DNA from: Torpedo marmorata
Taxonomy: Eukaryota
Assembly: GCA_977017645.1 (NCBI GenBank)
Contig: OZ360247.1
Coordinates: 17,732,001-17,796,000, forward strand
Direction of reading: 5' to 3'
DNA length: 64,000 nt
In this document: piece after piece, positions 62,652-64,000 of the stretch
Numbering within the stretch: the stretch's first letter is position 1
Layout: the number at the start of each line of letters is the position of its first letter
Notes under the pieces: model-generated
The model's input: only the letters and a program-made list of their open reading frames with translations
Database searches by the model: none
Told to the model about the DNA's origin: nothing
Made by a program: the position numbers and the translations under genes

Positions 62652-62856
62652 CAGTAAAGCCCCTGGTACCGGCACCTATTGGGATTGGTAGATGCTGGAT
62701 AAGCAAATTTTTCGGTTGCTTGAGACTGCGTGTTGCATGATTGGCAAGCTAACGGCGAGGCACGCCAATTTTAAACTTACGTATTTTTTACCTATTAATT
62801 TGCCCGTTGCTTGAGGCTGCCGGTTGCTTGAATTCCAGATAACAGGGGTTTTACTG
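62652..62856. mobile_element. Tigger-like MITE
   Basis: TIRs CAGTAAARCCCCTG with TA TSD on both sides. Confidence 0.85.
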
Positions 62857-63148
62857 TATTTTGGTAATCAATTCCTATCTGACAAAAGAAAACTCATTGT
62901 AATAGTACATTGAGGCTTCACGTTATAAGTTGATCAAGCCAGTGGAATGGGTGAAGTTTAATACCAAGGACAAGGCAAACCATGACTCCTTCCACGAGAG
63001 CAAAGCTGGTTAATGAGATTTGATGCAGATTTCAAATTGATGGGTTACAGGAAGATTTGAAATTAACATAATTTATAATGATGCAGCACCACAAACAACT
63101 TTCTATTTTACTGGGAAATGGGATCAGTCTTTGAAACACTCAAATGTA

Positions 63149-64000
63149 TCGTATATTTCGGCGTATAAGTCGAGTCTTGAAACCCTCAAAAATTGGGGGT
63201 CGACTTATACGCCAGATATACTTTTAAGACCTTAAAATCAGCTCAAAAACTGCTCCACGCCGATTCGGCGTATAAGTCGACCCTTGAAAAACCGATTCGG
63301 CGTATAAGCCGACCCATGAAAAACTGATTCGGCGTATAGGTCGACGCTGGAAGCACCTCCCCACCGCCGGCGCCACCGCTCACCGACACCTTCCCACTGC
63401 CGGGCGCCACCATAACCCACCCAGACATTCTACAATTGTAGAGCCCGAGGTCCCCGCACCTACCCGGGAGCCTGAGGTCGCCGCTCCTGCTCGGTAAGCC
63501 GAGGCCGATGCTCCTGGCCGGTTTGGTGCGGTTCCCGCTCCTGCCATGTAGTCCGAGTCCGTTCCCGCTCCTGCCGGGAGAATGAGGTCGCTGCTCCTGC
63601 CACGTAAGCTGAGGTCGCCGCTTCTGCTGAGGAGAACGAGGTCGCCGCTTCTGCTCGGGAGAACGAGGTCGCCGCTCCTGCTCGGGAGAACGAGGTCGCC
63701 GCTCCTGCTCGGGAGAACGAGGTCGCCGCTTCTGCTCGGGAGAACAAGGTCGCCGCTTCTGCCACGGAGGCCGAGGTTCCTGCTCCTGCCGAGAGAACGA
63801 GGTCGCCGCTCCTGCCTGGGAGCCGACACGTAGTCGTGGTTCCTGCACCGAGCACACTTGGGCAGCGAGGCGACTTCTTCAATGCGGACGGCACCGCACC
63901 CGATGTGGAGAATGGAGTCGCCCGTCGCCGACTCTGGCTGCAGCCGAAGCTGAAGATGGACCCAGCTCCGTTTGGCATCTTCCCGGCCAGAAGCAAAGGT
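63149..64000. mobile_element. Tc2/pogo-like element, left end; CpG-rich, with internal 27-bp repeats
   Basis: TA + TCGTATATTTCGGCGTATAAGTCGA start; subterminal GGCGTATAAGTCGACC repeats; GAGGTCGCCGCTCCTGCTCGGGAGAAC array at ~63585-63810. Right end not seen. Confidence 0.7.

Noticed and set aside
61131-64000. SP2 buttonhead-box / zinc-finger exons
   Set aside because: No CxCPxC or C2H2 pattern found; they presumably lie right of the window.

Overview
Eukaryotic, transposon-dense vertebrate DNA. The repeat inventory (CR1/HER1-type, Rex1/Babar, L1, Penelope, V-SINE) points to a cartilaginous fish; that assignment is inference. Two spliced host genes lie head-to-head, and the ORF track shows them only in part. 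PNPO (pyridoxamine 5'-phosphate oxidase) is on the minus strand: exons 1-6 at 16012-958, with the last exon beyond the left edge. SP2 is on the plus strand: exons 1-3 at 39693-58642, with the zinc-finger exons beyond the right edge. The rest is mostly nested mobile DNA: two full-length and three truncated L1-clade LINEs with target-site duplications (TSDs), many Rex1 and CR1 fragments, Penelope fragments carrying minimal hammerhead-ribozyme motifs, two solo LTRs, hAT/Tigger/Tc2 MITEs, a Chapaev3-like DNA transposon, a GC-rich non-autonomous retroelement family and several minisatellites. The best leads are: U3-variant hammerhead motifs; a Pbx/Prep-decamer cluster in the SP2 promoter; a duplicated ALPRIAPAGG motif in SP2 that differs only synonymously; an NRF1/ETS/YY1 cluster in an antisense L1 next to SP2 exon 3; two L1s truncated at nearly the same base; and an unidentified 1-kb cargo inside a three-layer TE nest. 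All calls were made by eye, with no database search, and comparisons to human genes are from memory.
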